DNA from: Parcubacteria group bacterium
GTDB taxonomy: Bacteria; Patescibacteriota; Minisyncoccia; Moranbacterales; UBA2206
Reading direction: 5' to 3'
Length of the DNA: 55,778 bases
NCBI GenBank assembly: GCA_041659505.1
Contig: JBAZYF010000005.1
Span: 1-55,778, forward strand
Shown: in pieces, positions 1-9,643 of the stretch
Numbering within the stretch: the first letter of the stretch is position 1
How the letters are laid out: each line of letters starts with the position of its first letter
The notes under the pieces: generated by a model
Told to the model about the DNA's origin: nothing
The model's input: only the letters and a program-made list of their open reading frames with translations
Database searches by the model: none
Program-made: the position numbers and the translations under genes

Positions 1-243
1 AAAGATTCTACGAATGGTTCCTTTACCTGCACCTACGACAAAAACGGCACCTATGCTCCTAGTCTGAAAGTGACCGGACCAAGCTGTCTGGCAACTCCAG
101 TTGCTAAGATTAATGTCAATAATACTGCCAAAGATTGTCGCCCGGATGCTCCCGACTGTGCCTCCTATACTTGCAAGGATGTTTCTTGCAATGATGGTTG
201 TAATTTGCAGGTGGGGGAGAAGGATTGTGTGGGGAGGAGATAA
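1..243 (+). CDS. C-terminal fragment of a Cys-rich secreted protein (family A; 5' end lies outside the window)
   Basis: Frame 1 is open from nt 1 to TAA 241-243. PKD-like stretch TCTYDKNGTYAPSLKVTG. The last ~34 aa (DCASYTCKDVSCNDGCNLQVGEKDCVGRR) align with the C-terminus of 47652..49454. Confidence 0.75.
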   Translation, partial: KDSTNGSFTCTYDKNGTYAPSLKVTGPSCLATPVAKINVNNTAKDCRPDAPDCASYTCKDVSCNDGCNLQVGEKDCVGRR

Positions 244-270
244 TAATAATAATAATAATTAAAAAATAAT

Positions 271-687
271 ATGAATAAAAAACAGGTCGTAGTTCTCAGT
301 TTAGCGCTAGTGGTTCTATTTGGAAGCATCTATTTTGTTGCCAGAAAGATAAGCGATGGAAATCGGTCAATTAATCCGAAAAATATGACCAACGATAAGA
401 AAGAGATTCCTGTAAATATATTTAGTCAAGATGCGAATAACCAGCAGTCGAGTGCGAATGATGTTTCCGGCAATATAGAAAAAATTGCAGAAAAAACTCT
501 TACTATAAAAAATTCCAGGGAGTCAGTCAGTGTCAATATTAATGGCGCCACTCCAGTGATGATTTCTGTGAATGGTAATAATACAGTACTTGGTCAAATA
601 GCTGATATTAAAAAGGACGATGTGGTCAGAGTGACTTATGATGTAGCTACAAAAAATGTTAAAATGATTTTAGTGATACGGCCATAG
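271..687 (+). CDS. small membrane-anchored protein, family S copy 1 (unknown function)
   Basis: N-terminal TM helix VVVLSLALVVLFGSIYFV. C-terminal block GATPV..IADIKKDDVVRVTYD is shared with 14357..14902, 47191..47640 and 51005..51421. Confidence 0.7.
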   Translation: MNKKQVVVLSLALVVLFGSIYFVARKISDGNRSINPKNMTNDKKEIPVNIFSQDANNQQSSANDVSGNIEKIAEKTLTIKNSRESVSVNINGATPVMISVNGNNTVLGQIADIKKDDVVRVTYDVATKNVKMILVIRP

Positions 688-732
688 ATGCTTGAAAGAA
701 TTAAGTAGCTATCTAGCGTTAAAGAATAAAAA

Positions 733-757
733 AACCAGAATGAGTCTGGTTTTTTTT
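733..757 (+). terminator. intrinsic terminator
   Basis: AACCAGA-atgag-TCTGGTT stem followed by a T-run. Confidence 0.7.
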
Positions 758-787
758 ATTGAAAATGGCCTAAGAAGGATGGAACTA

Positions 788-816
788 TTGATTTTATCCT
801 ATTTTCCCTTTATACT
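788..816 (+). promoter_or_regulatory. sigma70-like promoter of argS, probably giving a leaderless or near-leaderless mRNA
   Basis: TTGATT-17 nt-TATACT, with the -10 element ending 8 nt before the ATG at 825. Confidence 0.45.
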
Positions 817-824
817 AGCTGCAT

Positions 825-2405
825 ATGCGAGAAGTTTTAATTGAAAAATTACACAGCATTTTTAGCCGGATAAGTCCGGATTTTTCGCTTTCTGAAGGGG
901 AAATCGAAATTAATTATCCGCCGGAAGAGTTTGGGGATTATTCGACAAATTTAGCGCTCAAGCTGGCAAAAAAACTGGGGAAAAATCCGCGAGAAATTGC
1001 GGAACTGCTGAAAGCTGAATTGGAGAAGGGGGATTTGGATGAGGGACTAATTTCCAAAATTGAAGTGGCAGGAGCGGGCTTTTTGAATTTCACTTTGTCA
1101 TCAGGAGCGCGCGGGAATGAAATTGGGAAAATAAATTTGGCTGGTGGAGAGTATGGCACAGGGAATTCGGGGAAAGGCAAAAAAATCCACTTGGACTTTG
1201 TCAGCGCCAATCCGACCGGACCGATTCACTTGGGGAATGGTCGGGGGGGGCCATTGGGAGATGTGTTGGCGAATGTACTGATAAAGAATGGTTTTTCTGT
1301 TTGGCGAGAATATTATGTCAATGATTTTGGCAATCAAATCAAGGTGTTGGGACATTCGATTCTCAAAGACGCAGAGGCGCAATACCGGGGAGAATATATT
1401 GATAAGTTAGCAGAAAAAAATAAAGAAACCGATCCATTTTTAGTTGGACAAATTGCGACCAAAACAATCCTGAAAGAAATGATTAAGCCGGCAATGGAAT
1501 CATTGGGAATACGTTTTGATGAATATTTTCGTGAGAGTTCACTTCATCAAGACGGCGAAGTGGAAAAAGCTTTTTCGCAGTTGAGAGAAAAAGATCTGCT
1601 CTATGAAAAAGATGATGCACTGTGGTTCCGAGCGGAAAAATTTGGTGATGAAAAAGATCGGGTGGTGAAAAAAACAACTGGCGAAATCACCTATTTCGGC
1701 GGAGATATCGCCTATCATTTGAATAAATTGCAGACGCGAAAATTCGATCTGGCAATTGATATCTGGGGCGCTGATCATCATGGGGATGTCGCGCGCGTGC
1801 AAGGAGCTATGGAGGCATTAGGTTATCCTGGAAAAGTAAAAGTGTTACTTACGCAAAATCTTACTGTGCTTAAAAATGGCGAGGAATTTAAGATGTCAAA
1901 AAGAAAAGGACAATATATTTGCCTAGAAGATTTAATTGATGAAGTGGGGAAAGACGCCGTACGTTTCATTTTCTTAGCCTATTCTGCAAATTCTCCGATG
2001 ATTTTTGATATTGATCTAGCCAAAGAAAAGTCCAATAAGAATCCGGTTTTCTATGTCCAATATGCTTATGCACGGCTCTCTGGAATTCTCAGAAAAACAG
2101 AAAAAGAAGCGGCAGGCGTGGCTGATTTTTCAATGCTCACTAATGAAAAAGAGATTGAACTTGTGAGGCACTTGATGCGTTTTCCTGATTTGATTGTAGA
2201 AATCGCCGAGAACTATGAAGTCCATCGCTTGACGCACTACGCAATAAAATTAGCGGATAAATTTCATAGTTTCTATCACACCTCGCGAATCTTGGACGAA
2301 GAAAAATCTTTGGCTTCTGCGAGAAGGGAGTTGGTCAGCGCGACAAAAGTTGTCTTGGGTGAAACATTGCGGCTGGTGGGGATTAGTGCGCCGGAGAAGA
2401 TGTGA
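825..2405 (+). CDS. argS: arginine--tRNA ligase
   Basis: Class I motifs: SANPTGPIHLGNGRG (HIGH-type) and MSKRKG (KMSK-type). Anticodon-binding C-terminus ends in ..APEKM, as in ArgRS. Confidence 0.93.
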   Translation: MREVLIEKLHSIFSRISPDFSLSEGEIEINYPPEEFGDYSTNLALKLAKKLGKNPREIAELLKAELEKGDLDEGLISKIEVAGAGFLNFTLSSGARGNEIGKINLAGGEYGTGNSGKGKKIHLDFVSANPTGPIHLGNGRGGPLGDVLANVLIKNGFSVWREYYVNDFGNQIKVLGHSILKDAEAQYRGEYIDKLAEKNKETDPFLVGQIATKTILKEMIKPAMESLGIRFDEYFRESSLHQDGEVEKAFSQLREKDLLYEKDDALWFRAEKFGDEKDRVVKKTTGEITYFGGDIAYHLNKLQTRKFDLAIDIWGADHHGDVARVQGAMEALGYPGKVKVLLTQNLTVLKNGEEFKMSKRKGQYICLEDLIDEVGKDAVRFIFLAYSANSPMIFDIDLAKEKSNKNPVFYVQYAYARLSGILRKTEKEAAGVADFSMLTNEKEIELVRHLMRFPDLIVEIAENYEVHRLTHYAIKLADKFHSFYHTSRILDEEKSLASARRELVSATKVVLGETLRLVGISAPEKM

Positions 2406-2467
2406 CAGGCACAGCTTTTTAGGGCAGGCACAAAATTTTGAAATAAAAAATTAAATTTTAAAACAAA

Positions 2468-4846
2468 ATGGAACCACAAAATAATGTGGAAGATGAAACT
2501 GCTCCGGTTGAGGTGAAAAAAGATCATCGGATCAGAATAATTTTGCCAGCTTTGGCTTTTTTATTTTTTGCGCTTCTGGTGGTGCAAAACTATTTCTATA
2601 TCAAAAACGGAAGAGAGGCCAAGAAAGATAACCAAACAAATGGCGCGACTGAGCAGGCCGGGATGCTTGCGGAAAAGTTAGCTGATCAATCTAAGATTAA
2701 GAAATTTTCCAACTATCAGGAATTGCAAGATTTTGTAGAAAATAATTCCGGAGGAGATAATTTCAGTGGAAGGATCATGTCAAATATGGAGTGGACAGAC
2801 GCGGCTGTGCCGATGGCGGAAAAAAGCGTCCAAGCGACTTCCGGGTTGGGGGGAGTGGATTATTCCCAGACGAATGTGCAAGTGTCAGGCGTGGATGAAT
2901 CTGATCTGGTGAAGACGGACGGCGAATATATCTATTCTGTCGCGGGCAATACGCTTTTTATCACGCGGGCCAATCCGGCTGATAGCGCGGAAGTTGTGTC
3001 AAAAATTGAGTTTAAGTCAGTCCCGCAAAGCCTCTATCTCAAAGGAGATCGGCTGGTGATTTTTGGTGGCGATCAAGGCATTATGACAATGGATTATTAT
3101 GCTCGTTTCAAGCGCAAATCGCCATATTCTTTTTTTAAGGTATTTGATATTACAGACAAGAAAAATCCGAAGCAGCTACGTGATTTAGATTTTGAGGGAA
3201 ATTATTTGGAATCGCGGATGATCGGCAATTATGTCTATTTCCTTACCTCGACTTACACGCAATATTATGCTGGAGAAATTCCCGTGCCAAGAATATTGGA
3301 CGATGGAAAGGAATTATATGACAGTCAAGATTTGGCTAAGTGCCCAAATTGTCCTGATGTTTACTATTTTGATATGCCCTACGATTCGGTCAACATGGTC
3401 AATGTCTCTGCGATTAATATTGATGACGAAAATGAAAATTTGACCAATCAGGTTTATCTGCTTTCCGGACAGCAGAATTTTTACGCGTCGCAAAAAAATC
3501 TCTACATCGCCTATACGAAATATTTGAGCGAGTACGATCTGTTTATGGGAGTGGCAAAAGATTTTCTATTAACGCGCCTGAGCGAGAAGGAGCAAGCGCA
3601 GATCCAAAAAATTGAGGCGGTGGATGATTCAATTCTTTCAAAACGGGAAAAAATGAGCAAAATCAACGCTGTTGTGGAGCGCTACTTGGCATCGTTGCCT
3701 GATGATGAGAATCAAAAAATAGAAAAAGAGCTGGAAGATGAAATGCAGAAAAAATACGCGGATATTTCCAAGGAATTAGAAAAAACGGTCATTCATAAAA
3801 TTGCGATCGAAGGGGGTAGGATTGAGTATAAAAATTTTGGAGAAGTGACTGGGTCAGTGCTCAATCAATTCTCGATGGATGAGGACGAAAAGGGGAATTT
3901 TAGAATAGCAACAACTAAGAATCAGACATTTTCGCCACTGAATTTTTTTGGTGGATTTGGTGGGATTGGCGGTATGGAGAAAATGGCAGGCGATACAGCT
4001 CAAGATATTAAAGCTCAGCAGAATCAATCTTATAGCAATCTTTATGTTCTCGATGGGGATCTGAAAACAATCGGTGCGGTGGAGAATTTAGCCAAAGGGG
4101 AGCGGATTTATTCGGCCAGGTTTATGCAAGACAGGGCGTATCTTGTGACGTATAAGCAAACCGATCCGCTGTTTGTAGTTGACCTCGGGGACGCAAAAAA
4201 TCCTAAAGTATTGGGTGAGCTAAAAGTGCCAGGTTTCTCCAGTTATTTGCATCCTTATAATGACACGACACTGATTGGTCTGGGGAAAGAAGCGGAAGAA
4301 AATAGTTCCGGTGGGGTGACGACGAGAGGGCTTAAGCTTTCCTTGTTTGATGTGAGCGATGTTTCTCAGCCCAAAGAGGTTGATAAGTACGAGCTTGGTT
4401 CGGCCGGTAGCAATTCACTGGCTCTTGATGACCACAAAGCATTCCTTTTCTCTCGTGAGAAGAATTTGTTAGTGATTCCGGTGACGCTGACCGATGACTT
4501 GGTCAACACTTCAATGCCTTGGCAGGAAGTGTTCAACGGAGTGGCAGTTTTCAAGGTGGACAAAAATGGTTTTACGCTTCAAGGAAAAATCAGTCAAAAT
4601 AATAAAACCGGTACACAGTTAGGTTATGATTATTACAACAATGGCTTAAAAAGGGCATTATATATTGAAAATAATCTTTATACTGTTTCAGATCAATATT
4701 TGCAGATCAACAAATTAGACGGCCTGGATCTCATAAAACGTGTACCGCTCAAAGGCGAGCAAGATTTTCGGGTCGTGCCCAATCCGGAGCCAGTAATGAC
4801 GCCGATGTTCAAACCATCAAATTATGAAGGTGATTTGGCCGAATGA
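2468..4846 (+). CDS. secreted/anchored beta-propeller domain protein (COG4880 / Beta_propel-like)
   Basis: N-terminal TM helix. Family hallmarks YSQTNVQVSGVDESDLVKTDGEYIY and RFMQDRAYLVTYKQTDPLFVVDLGDAKNPKVLGELKVPGFSSYLHPY. Confidence 0.75.
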   Translation: MEPQNNVEDETAPVEVKKDHRIRIILPALAFLFFALLVVQNYFYIKNGREAKKDNQTNGATEQAGMLAEKLADQSKIKKFSNYQELQDFVENNSGGDNFSGRIMSNMEWTDAAVPMAEKSVQATSGLGGVDYSQTNVQVSGVDESDLVKTDGEYIYSVAGNTLFITRANPADSAEVVSKIEFKSVPQSLYLKGDRLVIFGGDQGIMTMDYYARFKRKSPYSFFKVFDITDKKNPKQLRDLDFEGNYLESRMIGNYVYFLTSTYTQYYAGEIPVPRILDDGKELYDSQDLAKCPNCPDVYYFDMPYDSVNMVNVSAINIDDENENLTNQVYLLSGQQNFYASQKNLYIAYTKYLSEYDLFMGVAKDFLLTRLSEKEQAQIQKIEAVDDSILSKREKMSKINAVVERYLASLPDDENQKIEKELEDEMQKKYADISKELEKTVIHKIAIEGGRIEYKNFGEVTGSVLNQFSMDEDEKGNFRIATTKNQTFSPLNFFGGFGGIGGMEKMAGDTAQDIKAQQNQSYSNLYVLDGDLKTIGAVENLAKGERIYSARFMQDRAYLVTYKQTDPLFVVDLGDAKNPKVLGELKVPGFSSYLHPYNDTTLIGLGKEAEENSSGGVTTRGLKLSLFDVSDVSQPKEVDKYELGSAGSNSLALDDHKAFLFSREKNLLVIPVTLTDDLVNTSMPWQEVFNGVAVFKVDKNGFTLQGKISQNNKTGTQLGYDYYNNGLKRALYIENNLYTVSDQYLQINKLDGLDLIKRVPLKGEQDFRVVPNPEPVMTPMFKPSNYEGDLAE

Positions 4847-4947
4847 ACCCGGTTTGGATTTTTTAGGGAAAAGAGGCTTATTTCGTCTTTGAATTTTTTG
4901 TGCTACAATAAACATAATCAAATTAACCAATAATTTTCATAAAAAGC

Positions 4948-5697
4948 ATGAGTGAAAAAATCTATCTTTCTGTTGTGATTCCGGCGTACAAAGAAAGCAA
5001 GCGGATTGGAATAAATCTGGAAGAATGTGAAAAATACTTCAAGGATAAAAAATATAGCTATGAGATTGTCGTTGTCGTAGACGGATCGCCGGATGATACT
5101 GCGGAAGTGGCGCGCAGTTATGCCAGTAGATTTGAAAATTTTAGAGTAATTGAAAACAAGGATAATCACGGAAAGGGTTATGTTGTGAGACAAGGGCTCT
5201 TGGAAGCAGTGGGAGAATATCGTTTATTTTTCGATGCAGATGGTTCAACGTCCATCAATCATCTGGATGCATTTTTGCCAGAATTTGAAAAAGGATATGA
5301 CGTAGTGATGGGTTCGCGTGACATTGAAGGAGCGCATATTCAAGTCCATCAGGCAAAGTGGAAGGAATTATTCGGAGACACGGGAAATTGGGCGATTAGA
5401 ATTACGTTGGGACTTTGGGGTTATCCAGATACACAATGCGGGTTTAAGATGCTCAGCGCTAAGGCGGCCGAGGCGGTGGCGAGTCGGATGGTGGTTGATC
5501 GTTTTGGATTTGATTTTGAACTGGTAATGCTTGCGAAGAAGCTGGGCTTCAAGATTAAGCAAATGCCAGTGAGCTGGATGAATGAAGCTGGATCAACGGT
5601 AAGCCTTACCGGACCAAATGGCTATTTTCAGGTACTTTGGGATTTATTTAAAACAAGGATGAGACTCTGGGGTGGAAAATACAAAATCAAAAAATAA
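4948..5697 (+). CDS. family 2 glycosyltransferase (dolichyl/polyprenyl-phosphate glycosyltransferase-like)
   Basis: LSVVIPAYKE start, DGSPDDT and FFDADG (DxD-type) motifs, QCGFK. Confidence 0.8.
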   Translation: MSEKIYLSVVIPAYKESKRIGINLEECEKYFKDKKYSYEIVVVVDGSPDDTAEVARSYASRFENFRVIENKDNHGKGYVVRQGLLEAVGEYRLFFDADGSTSINHLDAFLPEFEKGYDVVMGSRDIEGAHIQVHQAKWKELFGDTGNWAIRITLGLWGYPDTQCGFKMLSAKAAEAVASRMVVDRFGFDFELVMLAKKLGFKIKQMPVSWMNEAGSTVSLTGPNGYFQVLWDLFKTRMRLWGGKYKIKK

Positions 5698-5706
5698 CAT
5701 CAACCT

Positions 5707-5840
5707 GCTTACGTATTGGCCTTAAGAAAATTCTTTATAGCGCGGTTTTCTCTTTTTGTCTGGCCTTGCGCCGGTCTACTAAGGATTTGGATGCTAAAAA
5801 AGTCGAACGTCAAAAATTTTCTTAAGGCCGATAAGTAAGC
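5707..5840. repeat. family D hairpin element, copy 1 (long closing inverted repeat plus conserved core; candidate structured RNA or MITE)
   Basis: Arms GCTTACGTATTGGCCTTAAGAAAATTC / AAAATTTTCTTAAGGCCGATAAGTAAGC. The core AGCGCGGTTT..CCTTGC..GGATGCTAAAAAAG.C.AACGT is shared with 44767..44903. Confidence 0.6.
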
Positions 5841-5858
5841 CTCAATAAATAAAATTTT

Positions 5859-6878
5859 TTGGAAAACGAAAAAAACAAAACAAAACCAACAGAGTTGCGC
5901 CAAGATTTGATCACCGGGGATTGGGTGGTGGTTTCGACGATCCGTGCTAAACGGCCGGATGAGTTTGCCAAGAAAGAAGCGGACGGCGAAAGTGAATGTG
6001 ATGTCGCCAACTGTCTCTTTTGTGACCCAACTGCTTCTGGTCAAGAAAAGGACGTTTTGCTCTATGGAAACAATGAGAATGATTGGAGTCTGCGTGTTTT
6101 TCCCAACAAGTTTCCGGCATTTTCTCGGCCGACTGGCGGACAAATTAATCACAAAGAAGAAGGCCCTTATTTCAAGATGGATAGTGTGGGTTATCACGAA
6201 GTGGTTGTGACCAGAGATCACAAAAAGCACATCGGGCGGATGGATCCGATTATGGTAGCGGAAGTGCTCGATGCCTATCAATCACGTTACATTGATCTGA
6301 TGAATAAAAAGTCGGTCAATTACGTCGACATTTTTCACAATCATGGGAAGAGGGCGGGCGCTTCGATTCCGCATCCACATTCGCAACTGATGGCTATCCC
6401 GGTCGTTTCTCCCTATGTAGATTCGGAGCTGGATGGAGCGGAAATTTATTACAAGGCGAATAAACATTGTGTCTATTGCGCTATGCTAGAATGGGAGCGG
6501 GAACATGGGAAGCGGATTGTGTTTGAGAATGAGGAATTTATCGTCTTTTGTCCCTTTGCCTCACGGTCTAATTTCGAAATGTGGGTGATACCTAAAAAAC
6601 ATAAACCCTATTTTGAAAGAACGACGGAAGAGGAGAAAATGGCGGGAGGAGAGGCCTTACAAAAAGCAATTTATAAGTTAGACAAAGCACTAAACAATCC
6701 TGATTTTAATTTTTATATACACACATCACCGTGTGACGGAAAAGATTATCCGCATTATCATTGGCATATCGAAATTTTGCCGAAACTGAATATCTGGGCG
6801 GGATTCGAAATTTCAACCGGGATTGAGATTGTTACGATTACGCCGGAAGATGCCGCGGAATACTTAAGGGGAATGTAA
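5859..6878 (+). CDS. galT: galactose-1-phosphate uridylyltransferase (GalT-type HIT family)
   Basis: LITGDWVVVSTIRAKRP, CLFC zinc motif and the HPHSQ active-site HxHxQ. Confidence 0.85.
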   Translation: MENEKNKTKPTELRQDLITGDWVVVSTIRAKRPDEFAKKEADGESECDVANCLFCDPTASGQEKDVLLYGNNENDWSLRVFPNKFPAFSRPTGGQINHKEEGPYFKMDSVGYHEVVVTRDHKKHIGRMDPIMVAEVLDAYQSRYIDLMNKKSVNYVDIFHNHGKRAGASIPHPHSQLMAIPVVSPYVDSELDGAEIYYKANKHCVYCAMLEWEREHGKRIVFENEEFIVFCPFASRSNFEMWVIPKKHKPYFERTTEEEKMAGGEALQKAIYKLDKALNNPDFNFYIHTSPCDGKDYPHYHWHIEILPKLNIWAGFEISTGIEIVTITPEDAAEYLRGM

Positions 6879-6885
6879 AAACTTT

Positions 6886-7368
6886 ATGCACGAAATGATT
6901 ATTGGCTGGTTTACCGGCTTTCCTAAGGAACTGGCAATATTTCTTATCTCGGCCATTCCTGTGACTGAACTGCGTGCGGCGTTGCCATTGGCTTATACTG
7001 TCTATGGAATGGGTGCTTTTTGGTCTTGGTTCTATGCCGTGGCGGGCACCTTTTTTACTATGATAGTGATTGTTTTAGCACTTGATCCGATCGCAAAAGT
7101 TTTATCCACGTACATAAAATTATTTAAAGTTTTTTTTGATTGGTTGTTTGAGCACACGCGAAAGCGTGCCGGGGGAAAGATGGAAAAATATGGAGCTTGG
7201 GCGATTTTTATTCTGGCGGCCACTCCAATCCCGCTGCTTGGCGGAATGACAGGGGCGTTAGCTGCTTTCATTTTTAATGTTCCATTGAAAAAATCATTGC
7301 CCCTTTTACTTTTTGGCACGATGGTTTCCGGTGCGATTATTTTAGGAATAACTGTTTATTTTAACTAA
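6886..7368 (+). CDS. small integral membrane protein (putative small multidrug export protein family, COG2426-like)
   Basis: Four predicted TM helices. Motifs AIPVTELRAALPLAY and TPIPLLGGMTGALAAF. Confidence 0.55.
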   Translation: MHEMIIGWFTGFPKELAIFLISAIPVTELRAALPLAYTVYGMGAFWSWFYAVAGTFFTMIVIVLALDPIAKVLSTYIKLFKVFFDWLFEHTRKRAGGKMEKYGAWAIFILAATPIPLLGGMTGALAAFIFNVPLKKSLPLLLFGTMVSGAIILGITVYFN

Positions 7369-7377
7369 AAATACAGC

Positions 7378-7402
7378 AGAGACGAGGCAGTGCCTCGTCT
7401 CT
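7378..7402 (+). terminator. perfect 12-bp hairpin between two genes (possible terminator or processing site; no long T-run)
   Basis: AGAGACGAGGCA-g-TGCCTCGTCTCT. Confidence 0.35.
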
Positions 7403-7419
7403 ACGGGCTATATCGTATT

Positions 7420-8181
7420 ATGAAAAGAATAATTATAGGTAATCTAAAAATGAATATCGTTTCTATTCAGGAACGAGACCAATATTTGAAATCGTTTAAA
7501 AAAGAATTGCTGGAAAAGAAGTTAGTCAATACGGAAATTGTGCTTTGTCCGCCAGTAATTCATCTGGAAAGTTTTAAAAAAGTGCTTGGTAAAAAAGTTA
7601 TTCTAGGTGGTCAGAATTGTTTTTGGGAAGATAAAGGCTCATACACTGGAGAGATTTCTCCTTTGATGCTCAAGAATTTTGATTGTGACTACGTAATTAT
7701 TGGGCACAGCGAACGGCGGAAATATTTCGGGGAAAATAATCAATCAATTAATCAAAAGATTTTGGCCAGTCTCAAAAATGGCCTTAGCCCGATAATCTGT
7801 GTGGGCGAAACGAAAGCGGAAAGGCAGTCTGGTGAAACGATGCGCGTGATTACCAAACAAGTCAAGGAAGCGTTCGCGGGAGTGGCTTCGGGAAAGTTGG
7901 AAAAAATAGTCGTAGCCTATGAACCAGTTTGGTCCGTTGGGTCAGATGCGATTCCAACCAGCAATGAAATTATGGAAGCGAAAGTTTTGATCCAAAAAAT
8001 TCTTTCACAGAATTTTTCCAAGGGCTATGTTGAAAAATTAAGAATAGTCTATGGCGGATCGGTCAGTGCGAAAACCGTTAAGCAAGCTTGTGTCGACAGT
8101 GGAATGGAAGGAGCACTGATTGGGAGAGAGTCATTGACACCGAGGGATTTTTTGAAAATAGTAAAAATAATAAACGGATAA
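7420..8181 (+). CDS. tpiA: triose-phosphate isomerase
   Basis: GNLKMN, IGHSERR, AYEPVWSVGS, YGGSV. Start placed at ATG 7420 (MKRIIIGNLKMN) rather than the GTG at 7390, which lies inside the hairpin. Confidence 0.92.
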   Translation: MKRIIIGNLKMNIVSIQERDQYLKSFKKELLEKKLVNTEIVLCPPVIHLESFKKVLGKKVILGGQNCFWEDKGSYTGEISPLMLKNFDCDYVIIGHSERRKYFGENNQSINQKILASLKNGLSPIICVGETKAERQSGETMRVITKQVKEAFAGVASGKLEKIVVAYEPVWSVGSDAIPTSNEIMEAKVLIQKILSQNFSKGYVEKLRIVYGGSVSAKTVKQACVDSGMEGALIGRESLTPRDFLKIVKIING

Positions 8182-8192
8182 TTGAAAAATAT

Positions 8193-9056
8193 ATGATTAC
8201 ATCAGTCAAGGAAATCCTAACTAAAGCCAAAAAGGGTGGGTATGCCGTGGGTGCCTTTAATACAGTAAATTTGGAAACGACGCGGGCGATTGTGGAGGCG
8301 GCTCAAGAGATGCGTTCCCCAGTCATTATCCAAGTTACGGAAAAAACGATGGAGTATGCGGGAGGTCGGGGAATTTTTCATCTGATAAAAAATGATGCAC
8401 AGTTTTATGCGCCGGAAATTCCAATTGGAATCCATCTTGATCACGGAAAAAGTTTTGAAATAGTCGAGCGGGCAGTGGCGATCGGGTTTACCTCTGTGAT
8501 GTATGACGGTTCGCGCAAGGTTTTTGCGGATAATTTGGAAGTTACTAGGAAAGTGGTCGGCTTTTGTCATGAAAATGGCGTGGATGTTCAGGGTGAATTG
8601 GGTAATGTGCCTTATTTAGGTGAAGCGCAGATGGGGGAAATTGATTGGGACGAGTATATGACTGATCCGATGCAGGCAAAAACGTTTGTGGATGAGACAG
8701 GAATTGATGCTTTGGCAGTGGCAATCGGTAATGCACATGGATTTCTCAAGGAAAGAGCGCAGCCGGATTTTGATCGGATGGAAATGATAAATAAGAATAT
8801 CAACATCCCTTTTATTTTGCATGGAGCGTCGGATTGGGAAAATGGACGAGTTGTGAGTGCGATTAAAAATGGTATCAGCTGTTTTAATGTGGACACAGCC
8901 ATTCGAATCGCCTTTGTGAATAATCTGATCAATTCGGTCAATGAGCAAGGAGAACTGGGTTTTGATCTGCGAAAGCTGTTGGGTGGTGCGAGGGACGCGG
9001 TGAAGGAAACAGTGAAATATAAGATTAAAATTTTTGGCAGTGATGGGAAGGCCTAA
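8193..9056 (+). CDS. fba: class II fructose-bisphosphate aldolase
   Basis: KGGYAVGAFNTVNLE, IHLDHG, LHGASD. Start placed at ATG 8193, after the tpiA stop. Confidence 0.88.
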   Translation: MITSVKEILTKAKKGGYAVGAFNTVNLETTRAIVEAAQEMRSPVIIQVTEKTMEYAGGRGIFHLIKNDAQFYAPEIPIGIHLDHGKSFEIVERAVAIGFTSVMYDGSRKVFADNLEVTRKVVGFCHENGVDVQGELGNVPYLGEAQMGEIDWDEYMTDPMQAKTFVDETGIDALAVAIGNAHGFLKERAQPDFDRMEMINKNINIPFILHGASDWENGRVVSAIKNGISCFNVDTAIRIAFVNNLINSVNEQGELGFDLRKLLGGARDAVKETVKYKIKIFGSDGKA

Positions 9057-9120
9057 GTCAAGATGCAATAGGCATCAAACAGGAAACAGGAGGAATGTAA
9101 AAAATAAAACATTCAAGATA

Positions 9121-9155
9121 AAAAACTGAAAATTCAATTTCAGTTTTTATTTTTT
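9121..9155 (+). terminator. intrinsic terminator after fba
   Basis: AAAAACTGAAA-attcaa-TTTCAGTTTTT followed by ATTTTTT. Confidence 0.75.
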
Positions 9156-9158
9156 ACG

Positions 9159-9167
9159 TGGTATAAT
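9159..9167 (+). promoter_or_regulatory. extended -10 (TGGTATAAT) placed 6 nt before the ATG; candidate leaderless promoter
   Basis: TGGTATAAT-attaat-ATG. The same layout recurs at 14995..15003. Confidence 0.5.
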
Positions 9168-9173
9168 ATTAAT

Positions 9174-9626
9174 ATGCAAAAGTTTTTGACCATAGAAAAG
9201 ATATTGCTCGAGTTTGACCCGGAACTGAAAAACATACTTCCAGCGTTAAAAAAGGTTAATGCTAATTTTGGTTATGTCGGAGAAAAAGAAGCCGGAGTTG
9301 TGGCCCAATATTTTGAGTTACCGCTGGCTAAGGTGTATGAAACGGCCAGTTTTTATGATTTGCTCCAGACGAAAAATCCGCCAATTCTAGCTATCAAGGT
9401 TTGCTCGGGAAGTGATTGCAGCCTGGAGCGATCAGGCGTAATCATTCAAGAGATTGAAAATTATTTTCACATCAAGGTTGGGGACGAATTTAATCTAAAG
9501 GTGCGCTTGGAAAAAATTAGTTGTTTGGGGCGTTGCGGTGAAGGGCCGATTATGGTTGTGAATGGAAAAGTTTATGAAAAAGTGACGGCGAGCGGGGTGC
9601 ATCGGATTTTGGGGGAATGGAGCTGA
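9174..9626 (+). CDS. NuoE/HoxE/HydC-like thioredoxin-fold [2Fe-2S] subunit
   Basis: CSGSDC ... CLGRCGEGP cysteine pattern and a FY-containing N-terminal helical region. Confidence 0.85.
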   Translation: MQKFLTIEKILLEFDPELKNILPALKKVNANFGYVGEKEAGVVAQYFELPLAKVYETASFYDLLQTKNPPILAIKVCSGSDCSLERSGVIIQEIENYFHIKVGDEFNLKVRLEKISCLGRCGEGPIMVVNGKVYEKVTASGVHRILGEWS

Positions 9627-9643
9627 TACTTCATTTTTTTGAG

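Noticed and set aside
241-259. A (TAA)6 microsatellite right after the first ORF.
   Set aside because: It is a simple AT-rich repeat that supplies multiple stops. There is no evidence of phase-variable function because it is not inside a coding region or promoter spacer.
5709-6281. A 190-aa - strand ORF.
   Set aside because: It runs antisense through the galT 5' region and the family D repeat. galT motifs on the + strand are unambiguous.
8088-8192. Upstream-extended starts in the ORF track. Cases: 8088 for fba, 7390 for tpiA, 35505 for murD, 32510 for the hypA-like gene, 11127 for the family B protein, and 25933 and 29299 for array members.
   Set aside because: The extensions overlap the preceding gene or a hairpin and add non-homologous residues. 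Internal ATGs give canonical N-termini or signal peptides.
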